DNA from: an uncultured Nitrospiraceae bacterium | GTDB lineage: Bacteria; Nitrospirota; Thermodesulfovibrionia; Thermodesulfovibrionales; UBA6898 | Direction: 5' to 3' | DNA length: 64,000 nt | Assembly: GCA_963811165.1 (NCBI GenBank) | Contig: CAWEQH010000010.1 | Span: 800,001-864,000 of the forward strand | Shown here: piece after piece, positions 50,898 to 60,910 of the stretch | How the letters are laid out: each line of letters starts with the position of its first letter | Position numbering within the stretch: position 1 is the first letter of the stretch | Notes under the pieces: generated by a model | Databases searched by the model: none | What the model was told of the DNA's origin: nothing | What the model saw: only the letters and a program-made list of their open reading frames with translations | Position numbers and translations under genes: made by a program

Positions 50898-52553
50898 TTG
50901 GATAACATGCTTTCAGTCATACCTTTGGGAGGGCTTGAAGAAATCGGGATGAACATGACCGTCCTTGAGTACGGAGACGACATGGTCATCATCGATGCGG
51001 GGCTCATGTTCCCTGAAGAAGACATGCTAGGGATTGACTTCGTCATCCCCGACTTCACCTACATACTCGAAAACAGGGAAAAGGTGAGGGGCATCGTCCT
51101 TACGCACGGGCATGAGGACCACACCGGCGCCCTCCCCTTTCTTCTGAAGGAACTGAACGTCCCGGTCTACGGCACCCCGCTGACACTCGGGCTCGTAAGG
51201 GAAAAACTCCGCGAACATAACCTCGAACACGTGGAACTGAACTCCGTGCTCCCGAGGGAGGTGGTGACCCTCGGCGTCTTCGCCATCGAATTCATCCGCG
51301 TGACCCATAGCATCGTCGACGGTGTCGGCTTCGGCATAACGACACCAGTGGGAAGGATTGTGCATACAGGAGATTTCAAGCTCGACCCCACCCCTGTAGA
51401 CGGACAGCTTATGGACTTTCACAAGTTCTCAGAATACGGCGAAAACGGTACGGTACTTCTGATGTCCGACAGCACTAATGCAGAAAAAGGCGGTTACACT
51501 TTTTCAGAAAAAGAGGTGAGAAGGGCCTTCGAGGACGTCTTCTCATCGGCCAAAGGAAGGATAATAATCGCCACCTTCGCCTCGAACATCCATAGGATAC
51601 AGCAGGTGATCGACGTGGCGGTCATGTTCGGCAGAAAGGTGATCCTCTCGGGAAGGAGCCTCGTCGCAAATGCGCAGATCGCCCTCGACCTCGGCTATCT
51701 CAGGATACCCACGGACACATGGATGAAGCTCGATAACCTGAAAAACATGAAAGACGAAGAGGTCGTTATCATCACTACAGGAAGCCAGGGCGAGCCGATG
51801 AGCGTGCTTTCAAGGATCGCCACGGACGAGCACAAGTCGATCAAGGTAAAAGAAGGCGACGTCGTGATCCTCTCGGCCAAGATGATACCGGGGAATGAGC
51901 GGTCGATCGGCAGGATCATCAACCACCTCTTCAGGCGGGGCGCAGACGTGATCTATGAAAAGGTCTCGGAGATTCACGTCTCGGGCCATGCGTCGAAAGA
52001 GGAACTTAAGCTGATGCTGAATCTGGTGAAACCTAAGTACTTCATGCCTGTGCACGGCGAGTTCCGCCATAAGATATACCATGCGAGACTCGCTGAAAAG
52101 ACCGGGATACCGAAATCGAACATATTCATCCTCGACGACGGCGAAGTGCTCGAGATATCGGACGGCGGAGTCGTCAAGGGTGGCTCGGTCACATCAGGCA
52201 GGATCTACGTCGACGGCAAAGGCGTGGGAGACGTGGAAGACATGGTCCTGCGGGACAGGAGGAGACTTGCCCACGACGGCATAGTGCTCATACTCATCGG
52301 CATAGAGAAACTCACCGGAAATATCGTCTCCGGTCCGGACATCATGTCGCGGGGCTTCGTCTTCGAGGACGCGTCGCAGGAAACGATCAGCGACGTCAGG
52401 GAATTGGTCATCAACACCATGAAAGAACTCGACGCCGAAATCATCGCAGACAAGTCGCTCATCCAGGCCAAGATACGGTCCGTCCTGAAAAAATATCTCA
52501 GAAACACGATGGAGAGAAAACCGATGATCATGCCGATAATCTTTGAGGTGTAA
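50898..52553 (+). CDS. rnj: Ribonuclease J
   Basis: PLGGLEEIGMNM, THGHEDH, HTGDFK, TGSQGEP, HVSGHA, PVHGE. Confidence 0.97.
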   Translation: MDNMLSVIPLGGLEEIGMNMTVLEYGDDMVIIDAGLMFPEEDMLGIDFVIPDFTYILENREKVRGIVLTHGHEDHTGALPFLLKELNVPVYGTPLTLGLVREKLREHNLEHVELNSVLPREVVTLGVFAIEFIRVTHSIVDGVGFGITTPVGRIVHTGDFKLDPTPVDGQLMDFHKFSEYGENGTVLLMSDSTNAEKGGYTFSEKEVRRAFEDVFSSAKGRIIIATFASNIHRIQQVIDVAVMFGRKVILSGRSLVANAQIALDLGYLRIPTDTWMKLDNLKNMKDEEVVIITTGSQGEPMSVLSRIATDEHKSIKVKEGDVVILSAKMIPGNERSIGRIINHLFRRGADVIYEKVSEIHVSGHASKEELKLMLNLVKPKYFMPVHGEFRHKIYHARLAEKTGIPKSNIFILDDGEVLEISDGGVVKGGSVTSGRIYVDGKGVGDVEDMVLRDRRRLAHDGIVLILIGIEKLTGNIVSGPDIMSRGFVFEDASQETISDVRELVINTMKELDAEIIADKSLIQAKIRSVLKKYLRNTMERKPMIMPIIFEV

Positions 52554-52572
52554 CAGGAATGAGGGTAATATT

Positions 52573-52941
52573 GTGAAATATTGGTCTTTTAACACAGTTT
52601 GCTTGCTGCTTTATATAATTTTTCTTTACGGATGTGCATCTCAAATGTCTGTTGAAGATCGCAGCAGGGACTGGATAACCAGACCTTTGTCCGAGCTTAA
52701 GCAGGAAATGAAAAGGCCTGATTCGTATGCTTCAAAGATTGGATGGAAAGAGACTACCTATCCGCTTGCCAATGGCAATTTTGTCTATGTCGAACCAGTT
52801 AGCGTCGATTGTTCTGTTCATTGGAAAATTAGTCAAAGCGGTATAATTATCGGCTATCAGGCCAAAGGGACTGGTTGTAAGCAGGAGGGAGTATCTGATG
52901 ACTATAAAATGTCATCAAAGCGACAATCAAGTGGCTACTAA
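52573..52941 (+). CDS. Hypothetical lipoprotein
   Basis: GTG start after GAGGG; lipobox LYGC; AT-richer than neighbouring genes. Confidence 0.65.
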   Translation: MKYWSFNTVCLLLYIIFLYGCASQMSVEDRSRDWITRPLSELKQEMKRPDSYASKIGWKETTYPLANGNFVYVEPVSVDCSVHWKISQSGIIIGYQAKGTGCKQEGVSDDYKMSSKRQSSGY

Positions 52942-53486
52942 AGTAGACTTTTTGCTGAACATAGCTGTTATCGGTAACCTATTCAGCCTCTTTCAGGATC
53001 ACAATCCTCAGTAATTCCATTAAAACTCTGCACAATTGCGCCGCGCTCTGAAGATGTTTTGTACCCCCATATGCAGGCGCCCACCATGGTGATAACTTAT
53101 ACGATCTTGAATCTTTTGAACAGTGCAGATATCAAAACGATGATGTAGGTCTCAAGGAAGGTTGGATTTGTTGAGACTATTTCCCTTATCCTATGCAATG
53201 TCAAACGACGAGCCTTCTGTCATTCAATTAAATGGCTTTTCTGTGTAACCAGAGGGATTTGGACGCTGTCTAAATATATTTATTTACGGTTGTAATCTCC
53301 AGTCTCATAGTGCCTCTGACTGGTGTCAATTACAGGAAGCATTGTTGCGTTGAAAGTTCGCAATTTCCAGATGAGATATTCTTCGCAGCCAGTATGAACA
53401 TTTTGTTTAACTTACCGACAAACATTGAAGGCAGCAACAACTAAATTGCAAAAGCTTGGTATCTATAGACTCCTGAATTGAGTCCT

Positions 53487-53918
53487 TTAGCTAACTGAGG
53501 GGTTATAAATAACTTCCCAAAGATGACCGTCAGGATCTTTGAAGTAGCCTGAATAAATACCCCATGGCCGCTCATGTGCAGCGTCCGTTATTTCTGCGCC
53601 AGCTTTTTTTGCTTGTTTTAATATGTCGTCGACCTTTTTTTTTGACTCAGCTATATATCCGAGACTAAATTCTGTGCTGCTTTGGGGTCCAACGTGCTCA
53701 TTAGCGTCTTTAGCCAATTCAGTGCGAGGATAGAGGGCCAAGATAAGATTTCCTGAAAGTTCAAACATAACGACAGCGCCCGCCGGCTGATCTTTGCCGC
53801 CTTTAAACTCAGTTCCAACGATGCCATTCGTGGGCAAACCCAACCCATCTCGATAAAACCTCAATGAACGCTTTAAATCTTTGACGGCAATGGTAATAAC
53901 ATTAACTTGCGGTTTCAC
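53487..53918 (-). CDS. VOC/glyoxalase family protein
   Basis: ITIAVKDLKRSLRFYRDGLG, WGIYSGYFKDPDGHLWEV; GTG start after GGAGG. Confidence 0.92.
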   Translation of the reverse strand: MKPQVNVITIAVKDLKRSLRFYRDGLGLPTNGIVGTEFKGGKDQPAGAVVMFELSGNLILALYPRTELAKDANEHVGPQSSTEFSLGYIAESKKKVDDILKQAKKAGAEITDAAHERPWGIYSGYFKDPDGHLWEVIYNPSVS

Positions 53919-54215
53919 ACCTCCACTATAACAAAACTCCACGGCACTTTCAAACTTCATAGCGAATCCCATCTATTTTTGCTTGAAACGATCTTCAGTT
54001 GACGAGTGTACGAGACGCAAGGTTCCAGGAAGTACCTGCAATTCTCTTAACATATCACAAAACTGGGCAGTAGGGCGGGAATTACCTCTGCTGGCGCTGA
54101 CCGACTGGGAGAAGCCTGTCTTTTACTTGCTGATAATGTATCGGAAATCCGGGATAGCGTCCTCCATTGCGCATGTGATACAGTGTTAAGAAGAACTGAA
54201 AACAAAGGAGGCCAC

Positions 54216-55226
54216 GTGAAAGCATATGAAGTCAGAGAAGCATTCGGCATCGACCACCTCGTTCTTTCGGAGCGTGAGCAGCCTACGCCCGGGCAAGGGC
54301 AGGCGGTAGTAAAGGTCAGGGCGGTCTCTTTGAATTACCGCGACCTTTTGGTAATAAAGGGTCTTTACAACCCGAAAATCCCCCTCCCCTTCGTCCCCTT
54401 TTCGGATGGGGCCGGTGAAGTTGTCGCCGTTGGAGAAGGGGTTTCGGGCGTAAAGGTGGGCGACCGCGTGGCTGGAATATTCACTCAGGACTGGCATGCC
54501 GGCGGCCTTACCGAGGCGATGACGAAGTCGGCCCTCGGCGGAGGAAAGCAGGGCATGCTTGCCGAGTATGTCGCGTTAGATGAAGACGGTCTTGTAAAGA
54601 TCCCACAGCATCTCTCTTATGAGGAGGCCGCAACGCTTCCCTGCGCGGCGGTGACAGCCTGGCATGCGCTCATCGAAACGGGACTGAAGCCGGGGCAACG
54701 AGTGCTCCTCCTTGGTACCGGCGGCGTATCTATTTTTTCGCTGCAGTTTGCAAAGATGGCCGGGGCCGAGGTTTTCATCACTTCAGGCAGCGATGAAAAA
54801 CTTGCGAAGGCCGCGCAACTCGGAGCGGCCCATGGCATCAACTATAAAACAGTTCCGGAGTGGGCCGGCAAAGTCCGTGAACTTGCAGGGGGAACAGGGG
54901 TAGACCTCGTGGTGGAAGTCGGGGGCGCAGGGACACTGCCGCAATCCCTCAAAGCGGTCCGCACCGGCGGACGGATCAGCCTGATAGGGATATTGACAGG
55001 CACGGCGGCAGAGATAAACCCACTGCCGGTCGTGATGAAAAATGTGTGCGTTCAGGGGATCTTAGTCGGATCACGTGAGATGTTTGAGTCCATGAACAAG
55101 GCCATCACCCTGCACCGGCTCAGGCCGGTAATCGACCGAGTATTTCCATTCGAGCACGCACGGGATGCGCTAAGGCATATGGAAAGCGGAGCCCATTTCG
55201 GCAAGATCTGCATATCAGTTACCTGA
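54216..55226 (+). CDS. NAD(P)-dependent medium-chain dehydrogenase/reductase (zinc-ADH superfamily)
   Basis: SLNYRD, SDGAGEV, ATLPCAAVTAW, GTGGVS, HFGKICI. Confidence 0.92.
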   Translation: MKAYEVREAFGIDHLVLSEREQPTPGQGQAVVKVRAVSLNYRDLLVIKGLYNPKIPLPFVPFSDGAGEVVAVGEGVSGVKVGDRVAGIFTQDWHAGGLTEAMTKSALGGGKQGMLAEYVALDEDGLVKIPQHLSYEEAATLPCAAVTAWHALIETGLKPGQRVLLLGTGGVSIFSLQFAKMAGAEVFITSGSDEKLAKAAQLGAAHGINYKTVPEWAGKVRELAGGTGVDLVVEVGGAGTLPQSLKAVRTGGRISLIGILTGTAAEINPLPVVMKNVCVQGILVGSREMFESMNKAITLHRLRPVIDRVFPFEHARDALRHMESGAHFGKICISVT

Positions 55227-55319
55227 GACTCCAGGTTGCCGGATTCTTCAGCGTCTGCGGTCCCTCGCTGCTCAGGTCCGGAATATATTTAAAGACCCGC
55301 GATCTGTTATAATTTCCTG

Positions 55320-56087
55320 ATGTTTGAAGCGCTTATACTCGGTATCGTCCAGGGACTGACGGAATTTATTCCCGTCAGCAGCACCGCACACCTGATCCTT
55401 TTTCCATGGTTCTTCCACTGGGGCGGGGAGATCGACTCCCTCACCTTCGACCTTGCCCTTCATGCCGGAACACTCCTGGCGCTGCTCGCCTGTTTCTGGA
55501 AAGACTGGCTCGATATCATCCTGAAAAAACAGAGACTTCTGCTTCTGATACTCATCGCATCCGTACCGGCCGGTGTTGTCGGGCTGCTCCTGGAGCATAT
55601 TGTCGAAAGCCGTTTTAGAACCCCCTCTGTCATAAGCGCATCCCTGGTCGTCGTCGGTATCTTCATGCTAGTGTCCGAGAGGGCCCTTAAACAAAGAAAG
55701 GTCGACGATATCAATCTAACCGACGCTATAGTGATAGGCGTTTCACAGGCTGTCGCACTTATCCCGGGGGTCTCCCGCTCGGGCATAACCATATCGACGG
55801 GCCTCTTCAGGGGTATAGAGAGAGAGTCTGCCGCGAAGTTCTCTTTTTTCCTCTCTACTCCGGTGATCGCAGGGGCCGTTTTGCTTCATGCAAGGAAGAT
55901 GATGGCTGGGGGAGAAACCCACAATATCCCGCTCTTTATTGTGGGCTTTACCGCGTCGGCGATCACAGGGTTTGTTTCGATCAAGTTCCTCATGAACTAT
56001 CTGAAAAAACATCCCGTTAACCTATTCGCCTATTACAGGTTTGTATTGGCTGCTGTTATAATATTTGGGCTATGGCTGAAAGGGTAA
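55320..56087 (+). CDS. uppP: Undecaprenyl-diphosphate phosphatase
   Basis: QGLTEFIPVSSTAH, ALIPGVSRSG, FAYYR. Confidence 0.96.
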   Translation: MFEALILGIVQGLTEFIPVSSTAHLILFPWFFHWGGEIDSLTFDLALHAGTLLALLACFWKDWLDIILKKQRLLLLILIASVPAGVVGLLLEHIVESRFRTPSVISASLVVVGIFMLVSERALKQRKVDDINLTDAIVIGVSQAVALIPGVSRSGITISTGLFRGIERESAAKFSFFLSTPVIAGAVLLHARKMMAGGETHNIPLFIVGFTASAITGFVSIKFLMNYLKKHPVNLFAYYRFVLAAVIIFGLWLKG

Positions 56088-58207
56088 AAAGGGCGAAGCA
56101 GGAAGTTCTGGGCGTTGTCTCGGCCCTGGGCAGCATCTATCTCGGCCTGAGCGTCTACACCTATTCCAAATGGGACCCCTCTTTTTTCACCTACTCAAAT
56201 GCTCCTGCCAGGAACTATGGCGGCATCGCCGGGGCCTACATCTCAGACACCCTTATGACCATTGCAGGGTATTCCGTCTTTACGATACCCGTTTTCCTTC
56301 TCGCCTATGGGATACGGAGACTTATGGGAAAAGAGCGACGGAGGGTCTACCTCTTCGGAGGCCTTCTCTTTATTTTTTCGTCGTCCCTTCTTATATCACT
56401 CTTTTGTGCGACCTTTAACCTCAAAACCGAATCCAATCCGGGGGGGCTTTTAGGCTCCTCTCTCTCGCGGTTCCTCGAGAGGTACCTCTCTCTCCCCGGC
56501 GCATATATATTCTCGCTGTCGGGATTTCTTTCGTCTCTCATACTCCTGTCTCCTGTGTCGATGGCTTCGCTTTCATCTTCTTTTAAGAAAAAAGAGGGAA
56601 GACCCCAAGCGGCGCAGATTCAGCCGGGGGAGGTCAGAGACGACATCCTTATACGCGAACCTCAGAGGATTGATGTCGCACCCGTGCCCCCCGTACCCAT
56701 GGAGGAAATCCCGGTCACCTCAGAGCCTATGCCGGAACTTATGCTCGAGCCTCCTGCAGTATCAAAGACGGAGCAGTTGCCTTCCCCAAAGGCGGCGCGT
56801 CACATGACCTCTCAGACCGGATACACGCTCCCTTCCCTTGAGCTCCTGAGCGTCTATGACACTTCCTTGCTGCGGCCGTCAAAGGATGAGCTCTTTGCCA
56901 ATTCCTCGCTCCTTGAGAGCAAGCTGGTGGATTTCGATGTCCAGGGCAAAATAACCCGCGTCCATCCCGGTCCCGTGGTCACCCTGTATGAATTCGAGCC
57001 TGCGCCAGGCGTCAAGATCAACAGGGTCGTAACGCTTGCCGACGATCTTACGCTCGCCCTCCGTGCGCAAAGCACCAGGGTCTCTCCGATCCCCGGCAAG
57101 GCCACGATAGGAATAGAGGTGCCGAACAAACAAAGAGAAGTGGTCTCCTTAAGAGAGATCATCTCGTCGGAGGGTTTCAGTAACAGCCCATCGAAGCTCA
57201 CCCTTGCTCTTGGAAAAGACATCTTCGGCACGCCCGTGGTGGCGGACCTCGCAAAGATGCCCCACCTGCTCGTGGCCGGGGCGACAGGCGCGGGCAAAAG
57301 CGTCTCGATAAATTCGATGGTAATGAGCATCCTCTACAAGGCATCTCCCGCGGAGGTCAAACTCATGATGATCGACCCCAAGCTCCTTGAGCTCTCGATG
57401 TATGAAGACATTCCGCATCTCATATCGCCGGTCATCACCAACCCCAAGAAAGCAGCCGAGGCCCTCAAAAAGATGGTCTTTGAGATGGAGCGCAGATACA
57501 GGCTCCTTGCGGAGAAGGGATCGAGGAACATTGAAAGTTTCAACCAGCAGTCTTCGGAGGAGGAAAAAATCCCCTACATCATCATATTCATCGATGAACT
57601 GGCCGACCTTATGTTCGCCTCGTCAAATGAGGTCGAGGATTCGATCACAAGGCTCGCCCAGATGGCCAGGGCAGCGGGCATTCACCTGATCATCGCCACA
57701 CAGCGTCCGTCCGTGGACGTGATTACGGGGCTGATCAAGGCCAACTTCCCGGCCAGGATCTCTTTCCAGGTCTTTTCGAAGATCGATTCGAGGACGATAC
57801 TCGATTCGCAGGGGGCGGAGCAGCTCCTGGGCAAAGGAGACATGCTGCTGATGCTCCCGGGGTCGAGGATAATCCGCGTCCACGGCGCCCTGATCAAAGA
57901 GGATGAAATAACCGCGGTCACTGCCTTTATCAAGTCCCAGGGCAGGCCCGACTATTCGATATTCGAAGACATTCCCGCGGAGGCGCCGCCCGCGGAGGAA
58001 ACCTCGCAAGAGAGGGACGAGATGTATTATAAGGCGGTAGAATTCGCCGAATCAGTCGGTGAGGTCTCGATTTCGTCGCTCCAGAGACGCTTCAAGATAG
58101 GGTACAACAGGGCCGCGCGCATAATGGAGATCATGGAAGATGACCGGCTCGTCGGACCGCCTAAAGGCGCCGGCAAGCCAAGGGACTTTATAGGGAGGCA
58201 TAATTGA
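56072..58207 (+). CDS. ftsK: DNA translocase FtsK
   Basis: 4TM N-terminus, HLLVAGATGAGKSV, ATQRPSVDVITG, gamma domain LQRRFKIGYNRAAR. Confidence 0.97.
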   Translation: MAERVKRAKQEVLGVVSALGSIYLGLSVYTYSKWDPSFFTYSNAPARNYGGIAGAYISDTLMTIAGYSVFTIPVFLLAYGIRRLMGKERRRVYLFGGLLFIFSSSLLISLFCATFNLKTESNPGGLLGSSLSRFLERYLSLPGAYIFSLSGFLSSLILLSPVSMASLSSSFKKKEGRPQAAQIQPGEVRDDILIREPQRIDVAPVPPVPMEEIPVTSEPMPELMLEPPAVSKTEQLPSPKAARHMTSQTGYTLPSLELLSVYDTSLLRPSKDELFANSSLLESKLVDFDVQGKITRVHPGPVVTLYEFEPAPGVKINRVVTLADDLTLALRAQSTRVSPIPGKATIGIEVPNKQREVVSLREIISSEGFSNSPSKLTLALGKDIFGTPVVADLAKMPHLLVAGATGAGKSVSINSMVMSILYKASPAEVKLMMIDPKLLELSMYEDIPHLISPVITNPKKAAEALKKMVFEMERRYRLLAEKGSRNIESFNQQSSEEEKIPYIIIFIDELADLMFASSNEVEDSITRLAQMARAAGIHLIIATQRPSVDVITGLIKANFPARISFQVFSKIDSRTILDSQGAEQLLGKGDMLLMLPGSRIIRVHGALIKEDEITAVTAFIKSQGRPDYSIFEDIPAEAPPAEETSQERDEMYYKAVEFAESVGEVSISSLQRRFKIGYNRAARIMEIMEDDRLVGPPKGAGKPRDFIGRHN

Positions 58208-58851
58208 GAAAAGATCGTTCGATCGGATTTCTTGCGATAGGTGCTCTTGCGCTATTTCTTTACGCACTTATGCCGGCAGTTTCATGGGCCTTGGATGCCG
58301 ACGAACAGATCGCAAAGATCCAGAAGGCCTACGAGGCCATCAAAGACGTGAAGGGCTCTTTTATCCAGAAGAGTACTATCAGGGACCTCGATAAGACAGA
58401 GACATACAAGGGAACTTTTTTCATTAAGCCGCCGCTTAAGATGAAGTGGGAGTATAAAGGAAAGACCGCACAGGACCTGACGATCAACAACGACACTGTC
58501 TTGATATACAAAAGAGGCGGCAACCAGGCCTATAAGAGCAGGTTTGACAGGCAGACATACGGGCAGACGCCGGTAGCTCTCCTGGGCGGCTTCGGTAATA
58601 TCAAAGAGGAGTTCACCGCTTCGGGCAAAGGGGATTCGATCATCCTCAAACCCAGGAGGCCTATAGGCAATGTCACTTCGATCAGCGTCAGGACGACAGA
58701 AGAAGGGTTCCCGATCCGCTCCTTCACTATTCACGACTCTTATTCGAACGTAATCGAGATCATGCTGAGCGACGTGAAGATCAACACGGGACTCAAGGAC
58801 TCGCTTTTCGACCTGTCGCTGCCTAAGGGGGTGAATGTATTTGAGCAATGA
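58204..58851 (+). CDS. lolA: Outer-membrane lipoprotein carrier LolA
   Basis: Signal peptide, FIQKS, KPPLKMKWEY, TPVALL, FDLSLPKGV; follows ftsK. Confidence 0.88.
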   Translation: MRKDRSIGFLAIGALALFLYALMPAVSWALDADEQIAKIQKAYEAIKDVKGSFIQKSTIRDLDKTETYKGTFFIKPPLKMKWEYKGKTAQDLTINNDTVLIYKRGGNQAYKSRFDRQTYGQTPVALLGGFGNIKEEFTASGKGDSIILKPRRPIGNVTSISVRTTEEGFPIRSFTIHDSYSNVIEIMLSDVKINTGLKDSLFDLSLPKGVNVFEQ

Positions 58852-58883
58852 CGTGATGTGCTGTTTCCGGGAAGGAAGGTAGC

Positions 58884-60539
58884 ATGCCCTTACACGGTAT
58901 TTTGCCAAAAGACTATCTCAACAGGGAGGAAGAGCTGGCCTATCTGAGACGCCTCGCCGGTTTGAGGAAAGACACGCTCGCGGCCAACGTCCTGCTCGTG
59001 GGACCACGCGGCGTAGGGAAGACCGAACTCCTCAAACAGATTTATCAGTCTCTCTTTTGGGAGGTGCAGGACGTCGTGCCGTTCTATTATTCTTTTAAGA
59101 CCGCGGCACTGAAAAGCACAACCTTTGCAAGGGATTATTTCACGCGGTTCGTTAAACAATACATCGCCTTTGTAAAAAAGGAACCCTTATATGTAGACAA
59201 CGTGAGCATGCCCATTCACCGGCTGATGCCGGTTATTTCATCTCTCGGCCTGGACTGGATGATAGACAGCATCGACGATTTCCGGGAAAACACCGATCAG
59301 GGCGATCTTTACGGGCAGATACTCTCCGCCATTTCAGCCCCTGTAAACGCGGCAGTCAGAGGGGGACGTACAATACTTGTGATGCTGGACGATTTCACCG
59401 CCTCGGAGGACCTCCATGAGGCAAAACGCGGCGATGCCCCCGGCCTGACCAGCCTGTTCGAAGAATCTATGAAGAACAGCCTTTGCCCTCATATAATCAC
59501 CGGCTCCCCTGCGGCCAAACTGGAGGCCATCTTTTCCGATCCCTCGCTTTATAAAGGGACGGAGAGGATGCGCCTTTCCCCGCTTCCGGAGGACACTGCG
59601 TATGTCCTCTTCGCCTCTCTCCTTCAGAAGATGAAGATCACCTGCGACCGGGAGGCGGCGCTCGGACTTATCCGGAAGGTGAGGGGGAACCCGCTCTATA
59701 TAAGAAACATGGCCAAGGCGGCGTGGAAGATGAAGAAAAACAACCTCGATGAGAGGGACCTTATCGAATGTTACGGCTTTGAGATCATGGATGGGGAGAC
59801 CGCCTTTTACTGGTCTTCTGTCTTTGGTGAAAACATACGCGACAAGGGCCTGAGAAGGACCGTCCTTGGGCTCCTCATGCACCGGCTCTCTAAGGGAGAA
59901 GCAGGTGACTATGAAAGGCTTTCAAAGGTCCTCGGTGTGCGTGAGACCGAACTCGGCGCGGCGCTTGATGTCCTTGAATTCAACGACTTCGGCCGAAGCG
60001 GCGATCCCGTGTTGGAGGATTTCGTTTTGTCCCTCTACATGAAAGAGATCGAGGGCAGGACTTCCGGGGAAATACGGGGGCGCATCGAGGCTCAATACGG
60101 CACGCCGCGCGACTCATCCGTCTTTGAGATGGTCATCCCCATGAGCGAGCAGGCGGAGCTCGTCGCTGCGCGGGCCGTCGACCAGATAGGGAAGAATATA
60201 AACCTCGAACCGGAGGTGATGAATTACCTCCAGCTGGCACTTGTGGAGTGCTGCATAAACGCCATGGAGCATAGCGGAAGTTATGAGAAGAAGATCTATC
60301 TAAAGTTCCTCACCTCGCCGCAAAAGTTGGAGGTCATGATAGAAAGCCCCGGAAGGTATTTCTCGCTTGATTCCCTCAAGGAAAGCCCTACCGAAAAGAA
60401 GATGGAAGCGGGGCAGAAAAGGGGCTGGGGATTTACGCTTATGCGGAAGATCATGGATGAGGTGAGGGTCGAAAGGGTCCATGACAGGACGAGGGTGACG
60501 CTCGTAAAAAACATAAAGAAAAGCGAGGTGCGTAAGTGA
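58884..60539 (+). CDS. P-loop ATPase fused to RsbW/SpoIIAB-type HATPase domain
   Basis: NREEEL, Walker A GPRGVGKT, Walker B VMLDDF, GNPLYI; C-terminal LALVECCINAMEH and GWGFTLMRKIMDEV. Confidence 0.85.
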   Translation: MPLHGILPKDYLNREEELAYLRRLAGLRKDTLAANVLLVGPRGVGKTELLKQIYQSLFWEVQDVVPFYYSFKTAALKSTTFARDYFTRFVKQYIAFVKKEPLYVDNVSMPIHRLMPVISSLGLDWMIDSIDDFRENTDQGDLYGQILSAISAPVNAAVRGGRTILVMLDDFTASEDLHEAKRGDAPGLTSLFEESMKNSLCPHIITGSPAAKLEAIFSDPSLYKGTERMRLSPLPEDTAYVLFASLLQKMKITCDREAALGLIRKVRGNPLYIRNMAKAAWKMKKNNLDERDLIECYGFEIMDGETAFYWSSVFGENIRDKGLRRTVLGLLMHRLSKGEAGDYERLSKVLGVRETELGAALDVLEFNDFGRSGDPVLEDFVLSLYMKEIEGRTSGEIRGRIEAQYGTPRDSSVFEMVIPMSEQAELVAARAVDQIGKNINLEPEVMNYLQLALVECCINAMEHSGSYEKKIYLKFLTSPQKLEVMIESPGRYFSLDSLKESPTEKKMEAGQKRGWGFTLMRKIMDEVRVERVHDRTRVTLVKNIKKSEVRK

Positions 60540-60910
60540 ATCCATCACCATTTCAGGTAAAGTCGCGGCTCGTAAAAGACGTGGCGGTCGTCTATCCTCA
60601 GGGGTATCTCAACAACCTCGCGGGAGAAGGCCTCGTTAACGAGTGCGGTAAGTATGCAAAATCGGGCATAAAGAAGATCGTCGTAAATTTCAGGGAAACG
60701 GACCTTATTAATTCCATAGGTATTTCCCTTCTTCTTCATGTTATGGAAGAGTTGCAGGGCGCCGGAGGAACTCTCTGTTTTACAGACATGAGCAAGACCC
60801 AGCTCGGTATCTTCGAGATGCTCGGCCTCACAAAATACTTTCGCTTTTTCCAGGACGAAAACGGGGCACTGCAGTTTCTGGCGGCCGGGGGAGTAGGAGA
60901 TGGAGCTTAA
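60536..60910 (+). CDS. STAS-domain anti-anti-sigma factor (RsbV/SpoIIAA-like)
   Basis: GYLNN, VVNFRETDLINSIGIS, IFEMLGL. Confidence 0.9.
   Translation: MNPSPFQVKSRLVKDVAVVYPQGYLNNLAGEGLVNECGKYAKSGIKKIVVNFRETDLINSIGISLLLHVMEELQGAGGTLCFTDMSKTQLGIFEMLGLTKYFRFFQDENGALQFLAAGGVGDGA

Noticed and set aside
52942..53486. Integron attC sites around the VOC and lipoprotein genes
   Set aside because: There is no RYYYAAC...GTTRRRY pair with internal symmetry, the genes converge, and no intI is present.
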